A stretch of 64,000 nucleotides of DNA, taken from NCBI GenBank assembly GCA_018671515.1, contig JABHHN010000062.1:13746-77745 (forward strand). Direction: 5' to 3'. Below the pieces are notes generated by a model. The model was not told where the DNA came from and made no database searches. It was given only the letters and a program-made list of their open reading frames with translations. Positions 37,287 through 47,403 of this stretch are shown here, one piece after another (the stretch's first letter is position 1; each line of letters starts with the position of its first letter). This DNA comes from an archaeon. Its GTDB lineage: Archaea; Nanobdellota; Nanobdellia; Woesearchaeales; GW2011-AR15. Position numbers and translations under genes: made by a program.

Positions 37287-40004
37287 TTAAGAAATATCCA
37301 AGTCCTTTAATGAATCTTCAAGAAGTTTCATGTATTTACCTATACCTTCCCAATCTTGATTCTCCATCGCTTCCATTGCTTTATTATAATATTCAAGTGC
37401 TTCTGATGTTGAAGGAATTTCACCTGTTTCTCCATTATCTTCACCATCATCATCATCTGATATTTTAATGTATTTTCCAGCATACAATGCATTTAGAGCT
37501 GACTCGAAATCCTTTTCCATGACAATTCTATTGCCATAAGAAAGTAAAATTCTTTTTAGCTCAGGTATTTCACCATTATCTGCTGTTATATATAATGGTT
37601 CAATGTAAAGCAGTGTATTTTCAATTGGAATCACCAAAAGATTACCTCTTATGACATTTGAACCTCTCTGGCTCCACAATGTCAATTGTTCTGAAATCTC
37701 TGAGTTCTGATCGATTCTTGCTTCAATCTGTGATGGTCCAAATACCAATTTGTCTTTTGGAAATTTGAAAAGAACTAAATCATTATTGACATTATTATCA
37801 TCAATTGTAATTCTTCCTGAAATCCAAGCAATCATGTTATCTTTATTTACAGGTGTGTATGGTGTAATTATTACATATTCTTCATCATCCATATCTGGAA
37901 GTTTTAATAATACATAATAAGGAGTCATAACTTGTGATGTTCCCTGTCCATAAATCTCGTTTGGTATATCCCATAGATCTTCTCTATTATAGTATACTTT
38001 AGGATCTTTCATATGATATGTTGCAAAAATATCTACCTGAACTTTAAATAATTCTTCAGGATATCTAAAGTGACTCCTGATACTTTCTGGAACTTCACTT
38101 ATTGATTTTACAAGTCCTGGAAATATCTTTGAATAAGTCTGAATCAATGGGTCAGTTGGATCAGTTAGATAAAATTCAACAGTACCATCATACGCATCCA
38201 TTACAATTTTTACAGAATTTCTTATATAATTGAAATTTGATGTTGGATCTGAATAAGGGAATCTATTTGATAATGTATATGCATCCTGTATCCATTTTAT
38301 TCTTCCATCAACCACAACTACATATGGATCACTATCAAGTGCCAAAAATGGTGCTATCTTTGAAATCCTTTTCTGTACCTGCCTGTTAAATAATATTTTA
38401 CTTTCATCATTTACTGCACTATTTAGAATAATGTTGATGTCTGAAAAATACATTGCCAGGAAAACTTTTTTGAAAAATGAATCTACTTTTACTCCACCGT
38501 GTCCTGCGTAGTTTGTATATTCATTTAAGTCACCTTTTGGATAATCAAATTCTTCTATTTCAGTGTCAACAATAACAAAATTATTTGCAATTTCCCCATA
38601 ATAAATTTCAGGTCTTTCTATTTCAAAAGTTTCACTAACTGGAGGGATATCTTTAATTAATAATTCTGGAAGTCCTTCTTTAGATATTTTGTTTACTGGA
38701 CTCATTACTACACCATAACCATGTGTAAAAACCATGTGTTCATTTATCCAAGTTTTAGCTTTATCTCTTAATTGAGTATGATCAAGTTCTCTTGCTGAGA
38801 GCATTACTTGTGTTTCTTCTCCATCTATATCATATTTTCCTATATCAACATCATAGAAATCATAGTATAATCTTATTTCCTGAAGTTGTTTATATGTTTG
38901 TTTTAGTGGTCTCCAATCAAGTATTCTTAATTTTTTTATTGCTTCTTCATTATCTCTTAATACACTTTCTTTAGGTTCATCTACAACATCAAAAAATGTT
39001 TCTTCTACTTTATCTAATCCATATGCAATATTTGTATATTTTATATTGTGCTTGATGTATTCTTCTTCTAATGAGAATTCATTTGGATTTACTTTAAAAG
39101 ACTGAACAAAAACTGGAACAAACTGACTTGCAAGAATTGAAATCATATAAAGTCCTACTAATGTAATTAAAACATGACGTCTTTTGATTTTTTTTGATTT
39201 TACAAATATCCTTATAATAAAAATTACTGATATCATTATTGAAAAAATCACAAGTAAATTTGCTATTGGAAGTGATACATTTACATCTGAGAAACCTGCT
39301 CCAAAAACAACACCTGCTTTTGAAAAAAGAATATTAAATCTTGATAAATAATGTTTTATTGCAGCTAATATAAAAAATAAACATCCAAAAATAAATAGGT
39401 GATTTTTTGCACCTATTGTTATGTTGAACTCCATATTTTTTTTATATGCATTCATATCAATTGTTTTTCCACTTTTTTCAGTCACATTAGGTGCCTGTGA
39501 AGTAAAGAATTGTTTAATCTCTTTCCACAAATAAATCAATGAAATCCAGATTAGATTTATTACAAGAATTACACCTAAAATATTAGTTACAAAAGATATG
39601 AAAGGAAGTGCGAAAACATAATAACTGATATCTCTTGAAAATATTGGATCGACAATGTTAAATGCAAATCCATTTAAATATTTAAGATAGACATCCCAAC
39701 CTAAGGAGGCAACACTTCCTACAAAAAAACTTGTAGCCAATCCAACAGGCAGAGATAATTTTGAAAAAAATGATTTTTTCTTGTGCATTGCAATAAAATT
39801 ATTTAGGAAAAATATTGCTAATGAAACACCAAAGAATATTATAAAAAGAGTGATTTTAGCCTTAATCGGAATAATAAATAGATCTTTATATCCTGTTGAA
39901 TCAAACCACATATAGTCTACAATAAAAGTGACTATCTGCTGCCAAAAAATAAATAAAAGGGCAATTATCATTAATGTAAAATTAAAAGAATTTTTTGTTT
40001 TCAT
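37287..40004 (-). CDS. Large polytopic membrane protein with big extracytoplasmic domain (UPF0182/COG1615-like architecture)
   Basis: 905 aa. About 7 TM helices in the first 290 aa are followed by a ~600-aa soluble region. Family assignment is by architecture only. Confidence 0.45.
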   Translation of the reverse strand: MKTKNSFNFTLMIIALLFIFWQQIVTFIVDYMWFDSTGYKDLFIIPIKAKITLFIIFFGVSLAIFFLNNFIAMHKKKSFFSKLSLPVGLATSFFVGSVASLGWDVYLKYLNGFAFNIVDPIFSRDISYYVFALPFISFVTNILGVILVINLIWISLIYLWKEIKQFFTSQAPNVTEKSGKTIDMNAYKKNMEFNITIGAKNHLFIFGCLFFILAAIKHYLSRFNILFSKAGVVFGAGFSDVNVSLPIANLLVIFSIMISVIFIIRIFVKSKKIKRRHVLITLVGLYMISILASQFVPVFVQSFKVNPNEFSLEEEYIKHNIKYTNIAYGLDKVEETFFDVVDEPKESVLRDNEEAIKKLRILDWRPLKQTYKQLQEIRLYYDFYDVDIGKYDIDGEETQVMLSARELDHTQLRDKAKTWINEHMVFTHGYGVVMSPVNKISKEGLPELLIKDIPPVSETFEIERPEIYYGEIANNFVIVDTEIEEFDYPKGDLNEYTNYAGHGGVKVDSFFKKVFLAMYFSDINIILNSAVNDESKILFNRQVQKRISKIAPFLALDSDPYVVVVDGRIKWIQDAYTLSNRFPYSDPTSNFNYIRNSVKIVMDAYDGTVEFYLTDPTDPLIQTYSKIFPGLVKSISEVPESIRSHFRYPEELFKVQVDIFATYHMKDPKVYYNREDLWDIPNEIYGQGTSQVMTPYYVLLKLPDMDDEEYVIITPYTPVNKDNMIAWISGRITIDDNNVNNDLVLFKFPKDKLVFGPSQIEARIDQNSEISEQLTLWSQRGSNVIRGNLLVIPIENTLLYIEPLYITADNGEIPELKRILLSYGNRIVMEKDFESALNALYAGKYIKISDDDDGEDNGETGEIPSTSEALEYYNKAMEAMENQDWEGIGKYMKLLEDSLKDLDIS

Positions 40005-40236
40005 GAGTTTATATAATATAGAATAAAGATATAAAGGTATGTATGAAAAAAACTATATTTTAAATGAATTTTAATTAAGATTTTTAGCACTTAATCATTT
40101 AAAAAAAAAATTAATTTATTATTAATTAAGTTCTATAATCTCGCTTTGCGAGATAGTTCTTTGCAGATGCGTAGCCTATGCTCTGTTTAAAATTAATGAT
40201 TAAAAAAAGTAAACTCTTCAATAAATAAATAAAAAA

Positions 40237-40623
40237 TTATTTAATTCCTACAAAAAATGTTGATACAAAAAATATCAATCCAATTACCAATATTGCAAAT
40301 AAGAACCACATCTTCTTTTTCTTCAATTCTTTTTCTTCCTTTGTTAGTGGTCTTATTTTATCTTTATTTTTTTCTTCCATACCTTTACCAATTGCAACAC
40401 CAATTCCCATACCAATGGCAGGACCTATTGCTATATTTCCTATAGCCATTCCAATTGGCATTCCAATAGCAATTCCTAATCCAATACCTTGTGACATAAA
40501 ATGCCCAACAGGGTATTTTCCAGTCTTTTTATACATCTCATTTTTTAATTTAAATGCAGGAATTGCTAAAACAAATCCAACTACTAAAAGAACAGAAATC
40601 ACAATCAAAACTATTGCTACCAT
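40237..40623 (-). CDS. Glycine-zipper small membrane protein
   Basis: Two TM helices and a GxxxG-rich segment GIGLGIAIGMPIGMAIGNIAIGPAIGMGIGVAIG. Confidence 0.4.
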   Translation of the reverse strand: MVAIVLIVISVLLVVGFVLAIPAFKLKNEMYKKTGKYPVGHFMSQGIGLGIAIGMPIGMAIGNIAIGPAIGMGIGVAIGKGMEEKNKDKIRPLTKEEKELKKKKMWFLFAILVIGLIFFVSTFFVGIK

Positions 40624-40636
40624 TTTATTTAATCAC

Positions 40637-41191
40637 CTAATTAACTTCTCTTGTTACTTCTTCATAATATTTAACTTGTGTGACATTTTCAATCTTTTCT
40701 CTAACTGACGGTTCAATTGAAATTATATCAATTAAGTCTATTTTTTTTCCATTTTTAAATATTCCTGAAACAATATATGGAACTTTTGATTTTTTCCCCC
40801 TGATAAAATAATTTACATGTTCACGTCCTATTTTATTTATAAGTATTGAATTATTATCATCATCTATTAGAATATTTAGATATACAATTGATTCATTATG
40901 TTCTAATTCCTGTAATAAAAATCCTTTAACACTTATTCTTTTTAAAAAATAATTTTCAGGATTTTCTGTTAAATATGAAAATTTTATTTCTTCATTTGTA
41001 AATGTAGATTCATTTTTTATTTTTTCAACAGTTTCAGTAATATATTGTGGTTCCTCTATTTTAAAAAAATTTTCTCCTTCAAAATAAGGAAGCATTATAA
41101 AAATAATTATAATCAACATCGTAATTGACATAAATATAGGAATCAATCTAAAAATAATATCTCCTTTTTTATTTAATATCTGTTTTATCAT
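40637..41191 (-). CDS. Hypothetical N-terminally anchored protein
   Basis: 184 aa, a single N-terminal TM. No motif. Confidence 0.35.
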   Translation of the reverse strand: MIKQILNKKGDIIFRLIPIFMSITMLIIIIFIMLPYFEGENFFKIEEPQYITETVEKIKNESTFTNEEIKFSYLTENPENYFLKRISVKGFLLQELEHNESIVYLNILIDDDNNSILINKIGREHVNYFIRGKKSKVPYIVSGIFKNGKKIDLIDIISIEPSVREKIENVTQVKYYEEVTREVN

Positions 41192-41251
41192 ATTTATTAA
41201 AATAATTAAGAATGTCTTATATATATATTTTAAGTATAATGAAATTTATAT

Positions 41252-41884
41252 CTACTTTATTGCATAACCTTGAATATGTGGTTTTACAAGACTTCCTTTA
41301 TCAAGATTATATTTTTCAAAAACTAATTTTTTAAATCCTGTTTTTCTAATTGTTGATAATATATCTCTATTTAGATTACATCCTAATGCAATATATTTCC
41401 AAGGTGGGTTAATTAGATCCTGGACTTTTTTTAATTTAGTTCCAGTATTTGCACAGACATGTTCTAAAAAAATAAATTTTCCATTTTTCTTTAATACTCT
41501 TTTTATCTCCAATAATGATTTTTCTAAATCATTTACTGAGCAGAGGACATGAGTGGAAACTACATAATCTGTATAATTATTTGGAAGTTCGATGTTTTCA
41601 GAACTTCCTTTGATAAATTTAATTTTCCAGTTTCCTTTTTTGGAATTCTTATTTAGATATTTTTGCATATATGGATTTGGATCTATGCATGTCACTTCTA
41701 TTTTTTCATCATAATACTTTAGATTTGCACCTGTCCCAATTCCAATTTCTACAACTTTTCCTTTAACATTTGATAAAAGTTTTTTCTTTCTATCATAAAA
41801 TGTTTTTTCCATATTATCTGAAAATTTATTCATAGTATATGCAAAAAGGAGGTTGTGTAATTTAGTTGACATCAAGTCTAGCAA
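41252..41884 (-). CDS. Class I SAM-dependent methyltransferase
   Basis: Motif I VVEIGIGTGANL. Post-I acidic residue. Motif KNGKFIFLEH (Methyltransf_11-like). Confidence 0.65.
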   Translation of the reverse strand: MLDLMSTKLHNLLFAYTMNKFSDNMEKTFYDRKKKLLSNVKGKVVEIGIGTGANLKYYDEKIEVTCIDPNPYMQKYLNKNSKKGNWKIKFIKGSSENIELPNNYTDYVVSTHVLCSVNDLEKSLLEIKRVLKKNGKFIFLEHVCANTGTKLKKVQDLINPPWKYIALGCNLNRDILSTIRKTGFKKLVFEKYNLDKGSLVKPHIQGYAIK

Positions 41885-42043
41885 AGAATAAGTGTTTAAA
41901 ATAGTTTAGTTTGAATTATAAATAAATAAAATAAAGAAGTATAATAATATACATTTATACACATTCATATATAGAAATACTTTTTTATATACTTTTTTAT
42001 ATACTTATTTCTAAAATATCTATAGGCATTAAAAAATAAATAA

Positions 42044-42457
42044 TCACAAATCATCTTCGCTTAAAACTTCAATATTATTTTCTTTTAATAATTTTGCAAA
42101 AACACCATAATCTTTAATAAGAGATGTTGGACATGTTTTATCATAAATTTGTTTGGGTCCACATGAGGGTGATCGTGCTTTTAGAATTGCTTTTTTACAC
42201 CCTGTTAATTGAGCTATAAAAAGTCCCTCTTTTGCACCTAAAACATATTGAGCAGTAACATCTTTTCCATTTCTTGTAATTACTTTATCTCCAATTTGAT
42301 CTGCAGAATCTCTTGGAGTGGGTAAACCTCCCAGTTGTTCAGGACAAATTGGAATCAATTTTCCAGTACGCATAAGTCCAAGAACTTTTCTATTTGGTCT
42401 AGATCTTCCATCAAATGCACAATTTATACCAATTAAACACGCACTTACGATAATCAT
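42044..42457 (-). CDS. DUF523/TudS-like [4Fe-4S] protein
   Basis: The IVSACLIGINCAFDG ... PICPEQLGGLPTPR ... SPSCGP pattern with conserved Cys is typical of DUF523 (YbbK). Confidence 0.6.
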   Translation of the reverse strand: MIIVSACLIGINCAFDGRSRPNRKVLGLMRTGKLIPICPEQLGGLPTPRDSADQIGDKVITRNGKDVTAQYVLGAKEGLFIAQLTGCKKAILKARSPSCGPKQIYDKTCPTSLIKDYGVFAKLLKENNIEVLSEDDL

Positions 42458-42909
42458 AAAATTATGAAATAATATATTATATATAAAATGAATTTATATC
42501 ACTTGAATTTTTATATAAAATATTATTTAATTACATGCAAATAATATAAATTATTTAACAATTCTTCAAAGTCAGATTTCATCTACCTTTTTTACATGTG
42601 CAAGTTTCAAAAAAGAAACTTGCTATAATGAAGCCAAAGGCTGAAACTTATAATAAACTATTTAAATACAAAATTTGATTCTCTTTTAAAAATTCTAAAA
42701 AAAATAATTTAATATTTCTTCATAGGTAAACAATAAATCCTTCATAAAGCATATGTAAATGTAGATGAATTTTGTTTAATGGGTGTTCAACGAAATATTA
42801 CTCGGAATCAATTTAAATATAAAATTAACGAGGTTTTTCCAAAATTATAAGGAGGAGTTTTTTTAATAAATAATAATATATAAATACTTAATACCAATAT
42901 AAAAATTAA

Positions 42910-44097
42910 ATGAAACTTAAAAAAGAACATTACATAATATTTACAATTATTATAACTGAAGTACTTGGTCTTACTTTAATTATTCCTTTCCTACCCTTAT
43001 TTGCAAAAGATTTGGGTGCATCTCCTTTAATTATCGGTTTAATTTTAATGTCATTTTCTTTCTTTCAATTTTTCACAAGTCCAATACTAGGAAAATTAAG
43101 TGATCACTTTGGTAGAAAACCACTATTAATTATTACTCAAATATCAACATGTATAAGTTTTCTTATTCTTGGCTATGCAAATACAATATGGCTATTACTT
43201 TTATCTAGAATCGTTGATGGATTATTTGGAAGTAATTTAGTAATAGCAAGAGCATATTTAACAGATATTACTACAAAAAAAGACCGAAGCAAAGCATTTG
43301 GATTAAGTAACGCTGCTTATGCCTTCGGATTCATGCTTGGTCCTGGAATTGGTGGCTTTTTAGCTAATCTTACACCTTTAAGCTTTAGATTACCAAGTCT
43401 TATAGCAGCAGGAATTTCATTTATAACTATACTATTTACTATTTTTTTCATAAAAGAAACCGTAAAAAAGAAAAAAAAAATTAAGATATCATTTAACATA
43501 TTTCCTTTTGCATCAATTCTAAAATATCTAAAAAACGTTAATGTTTCGTTATTATTAATACAATTATTTTTATTATCTTTTGGTAATTCAATAGCATTTG
43601 AAACTTTTGCATTATTTGCAAATATGCATCTCGGATTAAGTGCATTAGTTATAGGTTATATTCTTGTGTATCTTAGTATATTAGCTGTTCTTATTAATGG
43701 AATATTTATTAGCAAATTGATAAATTATTTAGGTGAGATGAAACTAAAAAATATTTCTCAATTTTTTTTTTTAATTGGATTAATTATTGTTGCGTTTTCA
43801 AAAAATACTTTTGTTTTACTTTTAGGATTAACTATTTATATGATTGGGGGAATGACAACAACAATTTTGATGGGTGAAATATCAAGAAGAATTTCTAATA
43901 AGGAACAAGGAGAAATCCTTGGTGTTCAGACTTCATTGAGAGGAATTACAGAAATAATAGGACCACTAGTTGGTGGATTTATGCTAAATTATTTTATTCC
44001 AAATTATTTAATTTTAGTTGCTGCATTTTTTGCATTTATTGGATTATTAATAAATTTTATCTCAAATAGAAATATTCATTCTCTAAATCCAAAATAA
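42910..44097 (+). CDS. Major facilitator superfamily transporter (DHA1-like)
   Basis: 12 predicted TM. MFS motif A-like GKLSDHFGRKPLLI between TM2 and TM3. Confidence 0.7.
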   Translation: MKLKKEHYIIFTIIITEVLGLTLIIPFLPLFAKDLGASPLIIGLILMSFSFFQFFTSPILGKLSDHFGRKPLLIITQISTCISFLILGYANTIWLLLLSRIVDGLFGSNLVIARAYLTDITTKKDRSKAFGLSNAAYAFGFMLGPGIGGFLANLTPLSFRLPSLIAAGISFITILFTIFFIKETVKKKKKIKISFNIFPFASILKYLKNVNVSLLLIQLFLLSFGNSIAFETFALFANMHLGLSALVIGYILVYLSILAVLINGIFISKLINYLGEMKLKNISQFFFLIGLIIVAFSKNTFVLLLGLTIYMIGGMTTTILMGEISRRISNKEQGEILGVQTSLRGITEIIGPLVGGFMLNYFIPNYLILVAAFFAFIGLLINFISNRNIHSLNPK

Positions 44098-44217
44098 ACT
44101 CCCCCTTTAAGGTATAATAGAATAGCCTTCGGCTTAAAATAAGAAAAATCCTATTTGTAATACTTCATCACACTTCAAAAAGATATTTAAATAATTGGTC
44201 TATCTCTTATCCCCACA

Positions 44218-45282
44218 ATGCCACATAGAAAAATGTTTACAGTTGGACCTGTTGAGGTCTTTCCTGAAATCCTAGATATTATGTCAACACCAGTAGTAGG
44301 ACATAGGACAAAGGAATGTTATGAATTATATGCACGAATCAAAGTAAAATTACAAAAAATTCTATACACAGAAAATAGATGTTTCATATTTGCTTCATCA
44401 TCATCTGGTATCATGGAAGCTGCAGTTAGAAATTGTGTAAAAAATAGATGCCTTAATTTAGTTAATGGTGCTTTTTCAGAAAGATGGCATAAGATGACTA
44501 TTTCAAATGGAAAATCAGCAGATAGACTTGATTTCCAGTGGGGTTCCCCAATTGAAGCATCAAAGGTTGATGAAGCATTATCATCAGGTAAATATGATGC
44601 TATGACTTTTGTTCATAATGAAACATCAACTGGTGTAATGAGTCCGATTGCTGAAATTACAGAAGTGATGAAAAAATACCCTGATGTAATTTTCTTAGTT
44701 GATACAGTATCTTCAATGACTGCAACAAAAATTGAAGTAGATAAGTTAGGAATTGATGTTTGTCTTGCAGGAGTACAAAAAGCATTTGCATTACCTCCTG
44801 GTTTAGCAGTTGCGTCAATTTCTGACAAAGCTATTGAGAAAGCAAAGACTGTTGATAATAGAGGGTACTATTTTGACTTTTTAGAATTATTGAAATATTA
44901 TGAAAAAGATCAATATCCAACAACACCACCTATATCAATAATGTATGCACTTGATTTCCAATTAAATAGAATGATTATCGAAGGACTTGATAATAGATAC
45001 AAAAGACATAATGACATGGCAAACATGGCAAGAGAATGGGCACACAAAAAAGGTTTTAAGATATTTCCAAAAGAAGGATATGAATCTGTAACACTTACAT
45101 GCATCAATCATGAAGGAAAAGTAGATGTTCCAAGCATGAAAGAAAAATTAGCCCAAAAAGGTTTTGAAATATCAAGTGGATATGGAAAAACAAAAGAGGT
45201 TACATTTAGAATTGGTCATATGGGAGATATTGGAGTAAATGATTTAAAAGAATTATTAGAAATAATGGATGATTTAATATGA
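44218..45282 (+). CDS. Class V aminotransferase (phosphoserine/serine-glyoxylate aminotransferase type)
   Basis: PLP fold-type I. FVHNETSTGV, and the PLP-Lys context GVQKAFALPPG. Overlaps the downstream serA start (ATGA). Confidence 0.7.
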   Translation: MPHRKMFTVGPVEVFPEILDIMSTPVVGHRTKECYELYARIKVKLQKILYTENRCFIFASSSSGIMEAAVRNCVKNRCLNLVNGAFSERWHKMTISNGKSADRLDFQWGSPIEASKVDEALSSGKYDAMTFVHNETSTGVMSPIAEITEVMKKYPDVIFLVDTVSSMTATKIEVDKLGIDVCLAGVQKAFALPPGLAVASISDKAIEKAKTVDNRGYYFDFLELLKYYEKDQYPTTPPISIMYALDFQLNRMIIEGLDNRYKRHNDMANMAREWAHKKGFKIFPKEGYESVTLTCINHEGKVDVPSMKEKLAQKGFEISSGYGKTKEVTFRIGHMGDIGVNDLKELLEIMDDLI

Positions 45283-46232
45283 AAATCATTATATTAGACA
45301 AAATAGATAATTCAGCAATAGATATGTTTAAAGAAAGTTTTGAAACAGATGTCAAAACAGGTCTTTCTGAACAAGAAATAATTGATATCATTAATCCTTA
45401 TGATGCAGTCGTTGTAAGAAGTGCAACAAAAATCACTAAAAAAATAATTGATGCAGCACCTAATCTTAAATTAATAGGAAGAGGAGGAACAGGTGTAGAT
45501 TCAATTGATATAAAGGCAGCAACAGAAAAAAATATTGCAGTCATGAATACACCAACAAGTAATTGTATTTCAGTTACAGAATATGTAATTGGACTTATGA
45601 TTGGAGCATCTCGAAATATCATTTTTGCAAATAATAAATTAAAAGAAAATATTTGGGCAAAAAAAGAATCAAAAGGATATGAACTAAAAGATAAGACATT
45701 AGGAATAATTGGTTTTGGTAACATTGGCAAAGAAGTATGTAAAAGAGCAATTGCTTTTGATATGACTGTTCTTACATATGATCCATTTATAGATAATGAA
45801 ATAGTTAAAAGTTTTGGTGCTAAAAAAATGGAGATTGATGAAATAATCACCAATTCAGATTATATCACATTACATATTCCATTAATTGATGCAACAAAAA
45901 ATCTTATTGATTCAAAAAAACTTGAATCAATGAAAAAAAATGCTATCTTAATAAATTGTGCAAGAGGAGGAACAGTTGATGAAGATGCACTATACACTGC
46001 ACTAAAAAACAATTCAATAAAAGGTGCAGCTCTTGACGTATTTGCAAATGAGCCTCTAAAAAATAGTAAATTATGTGAACTTAATAATATCATATTGACA
46101 CCACATATTGCTGGTTCAACACATGAAGCCCAAGCGAGATGTGGAACTGATTTAGTAAAACAATTTCTATATTTTTTCAATAATGAATATAAAAACATTC
46201 TAAATTTAAAAGATATAAAACTTGGTGATTAA
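45279..46232 (+). CDS. serA: D-3-phosphoglycerate dehydrogenase (D-isomer 2-hydroxyacid dehydrogenase, short form without ACT)
   Basis: NAD-binding GIIGFGNIGKEV. Catalytic R/E/H context (NCARGG, TPHIAGST). Homology to the SerA catalytic core. Confidence 0.75.
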   Translation: MKIIILDKIDNSAIDMFKESFETDVKTGLSEQEIIDIINPYDAVVVRSATKITKKIIDAAPNLKLIGRGGTGVDSIDIKAATEKNIAVMNTPTSNCISVTEYVIGLMIGASRNIIFANNKLKENIWAKKESKGYELKDKTLGIIGFGNIGKEVCKRAIAFDMTVLTYDPFIDNEIVKSFGAKKMEIDEIITNSDYITLHIPLIDATKNLIDSKKLESMKKNAILINCARGGTVDEDALYTALKNNSIKGAALDVFANEPLKNSKLCELNNIILTPHIAGSTHEAQARCGTDLVKQFLYFFNNEYKNILNLKDIKLGD

Positions 46233-46233
46233 A

Positions 46234-47052
46234 ATGGATATGCCTAGAATAAAAATTATTTCAATGGATGATGTTGATGTCCATGAACATACTGATAACG
46301 CTAGAGTTGATAGATTAAGATATTCAATCAAACGAGATGCAAAAATCAGAAATCCAGTTATAGTTTCAAAAATTGCCGATAAATACATGATTCTTGATGG
46401 TGCAACTAGACATGGTGGTCTAAAAAAACTTGGAGCAAAACACATATTAGCACAAATTGCAGATTATGATAAAGATGATTTAACACTTGATACATGGGAT
46501 CATGTAATAACTGGAATAAAATTTGTCGATTTTTTAGAAAAAGTCAAAAAAATTAAAGATGTGACAATTGAAGAATCATTTCAGGCAATGGCTGAAAAGT
46601 CACTTGAAAAAAAAGAAATATTTGGATATTTTATTCTAAAAGAGGGAAAAACATATACTGTAAAATGCCCTATGGATTATGAAAATATTGTCAGAATAAT
46701 CTGTGAAATAACTAAAATATATACTAATGAAGAAGAAACAGTAAGAATTGTACACGCACAAATTGATGATTATCTAAGAGTGTCTGATAATGAGACTGCA
46801 ATTTTTTGTACACCTAAATTTACAAAAGAAGATATTAAAGAAATTTTTAACATGGGTCTAAAAGTTTCAGCAGGAATAACAAGGCATCTTATTCCTTGTA
46901 GAATATTAAATGTAAATCTGGGACTTAATCTTCTGATCAATGATGATACTACTGAATCAAAAGCAAAATATCTTGATGAGTTCATAGATCTGAGATTAAA
47001 ACATGGTAAAGTCAGATATTATTCAGAACCAACAATTGTATTTGATAATTAG
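46234..47052 (+). CDS. ParB/sulfiredoxin-fold protein, candidate SerK-like ADP-dependent serine kinase
   Basis: N-terminal IKIISMDDVDVHEHTDNARVDRLRYSIKRDAKIRNPVIVSKIADKYMILDGATRHGG follows the ParB/Srx N-domain pattern. The ATG is 2 nt after the serA stop. Function is inferred from fold plus operon context. Confidence 0.4.
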   Translation: MDMPRIKIISMDDVDVHEHTDNARVDRLRYSIKRDAKIRNPVIVSKIADKYMILDGATRHGGLKKLGAKHILAQIADYDKDDLTLDTWDHVITGIKFVDFLEKVKKIKDVTIEESFQAMAEKSLEKKEIFGYFILKEGKTYTVKCPMDYENIVRIICEITKIYTNEEETVRIVHAQIDDYLRVSDNETAIFCTPKFTKEDIKEIFNMGLKVSAGITRHLIPCRILNVNLGLNLLINDDTTESKAKYLDEFIDLRLKHGKVRYYSEPTIVFDN

Positions 47053-47116
47053 AGTTTTATTTTTATATTCTTATAATTTTATTTCTAAATTTTTTTCTTT
47101 TTCATCAATATTCTAG

Positions 47117-47182
47117 TTGTGCCAGAGCAAGGCATTCTGCCTCGCAAATTCCCTGCATACGGCAAAGCCCGATGCTATGTAG
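47117..47182. ncRNA. GC-rich structured island, candidate small ncRNA
   Basis: ~60% GC in a ~25% GC intergenic region. Contains hairpins ggca-ttc-tgcc and gcatacgg-caaag-cccgatgc. Strand unknown. No tRNA or C/D box signature found. Confidence 0.3.
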
Positions 47183-47403
47183 TAAAAAAATAATTATAAT
47201 AAACTTACATAAAAAAAATATCATTTTAACTAAAATTAAAAGATTGGGAAGATTTATATAATTTAATCTATTCTCTTTTCTGATGAAATACAAGTCTATA
47301 TCGGGTTCTTCGATTTAATTCTTATTATTAGACTATTAATAACAACAATTTTTCAATAAATTTTTTATTTACAAAATATTTTAACAAAACAAAGGTGATA
47401 TGA

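Noticed and set aside
37195-37290. Long poly-A/AT tract considered as a possible repeat array/CRISPR leader
   Set aside because: Simple homopolymeric A-runs with no spacer-repeat periodicity. It is a plain AT-rich promoter region of the large membrane protein gene.
45398-46198. Two minus-strand ORFs (151 and 112 aa)
   Set aside because: Antisense to serA, with no motifs.
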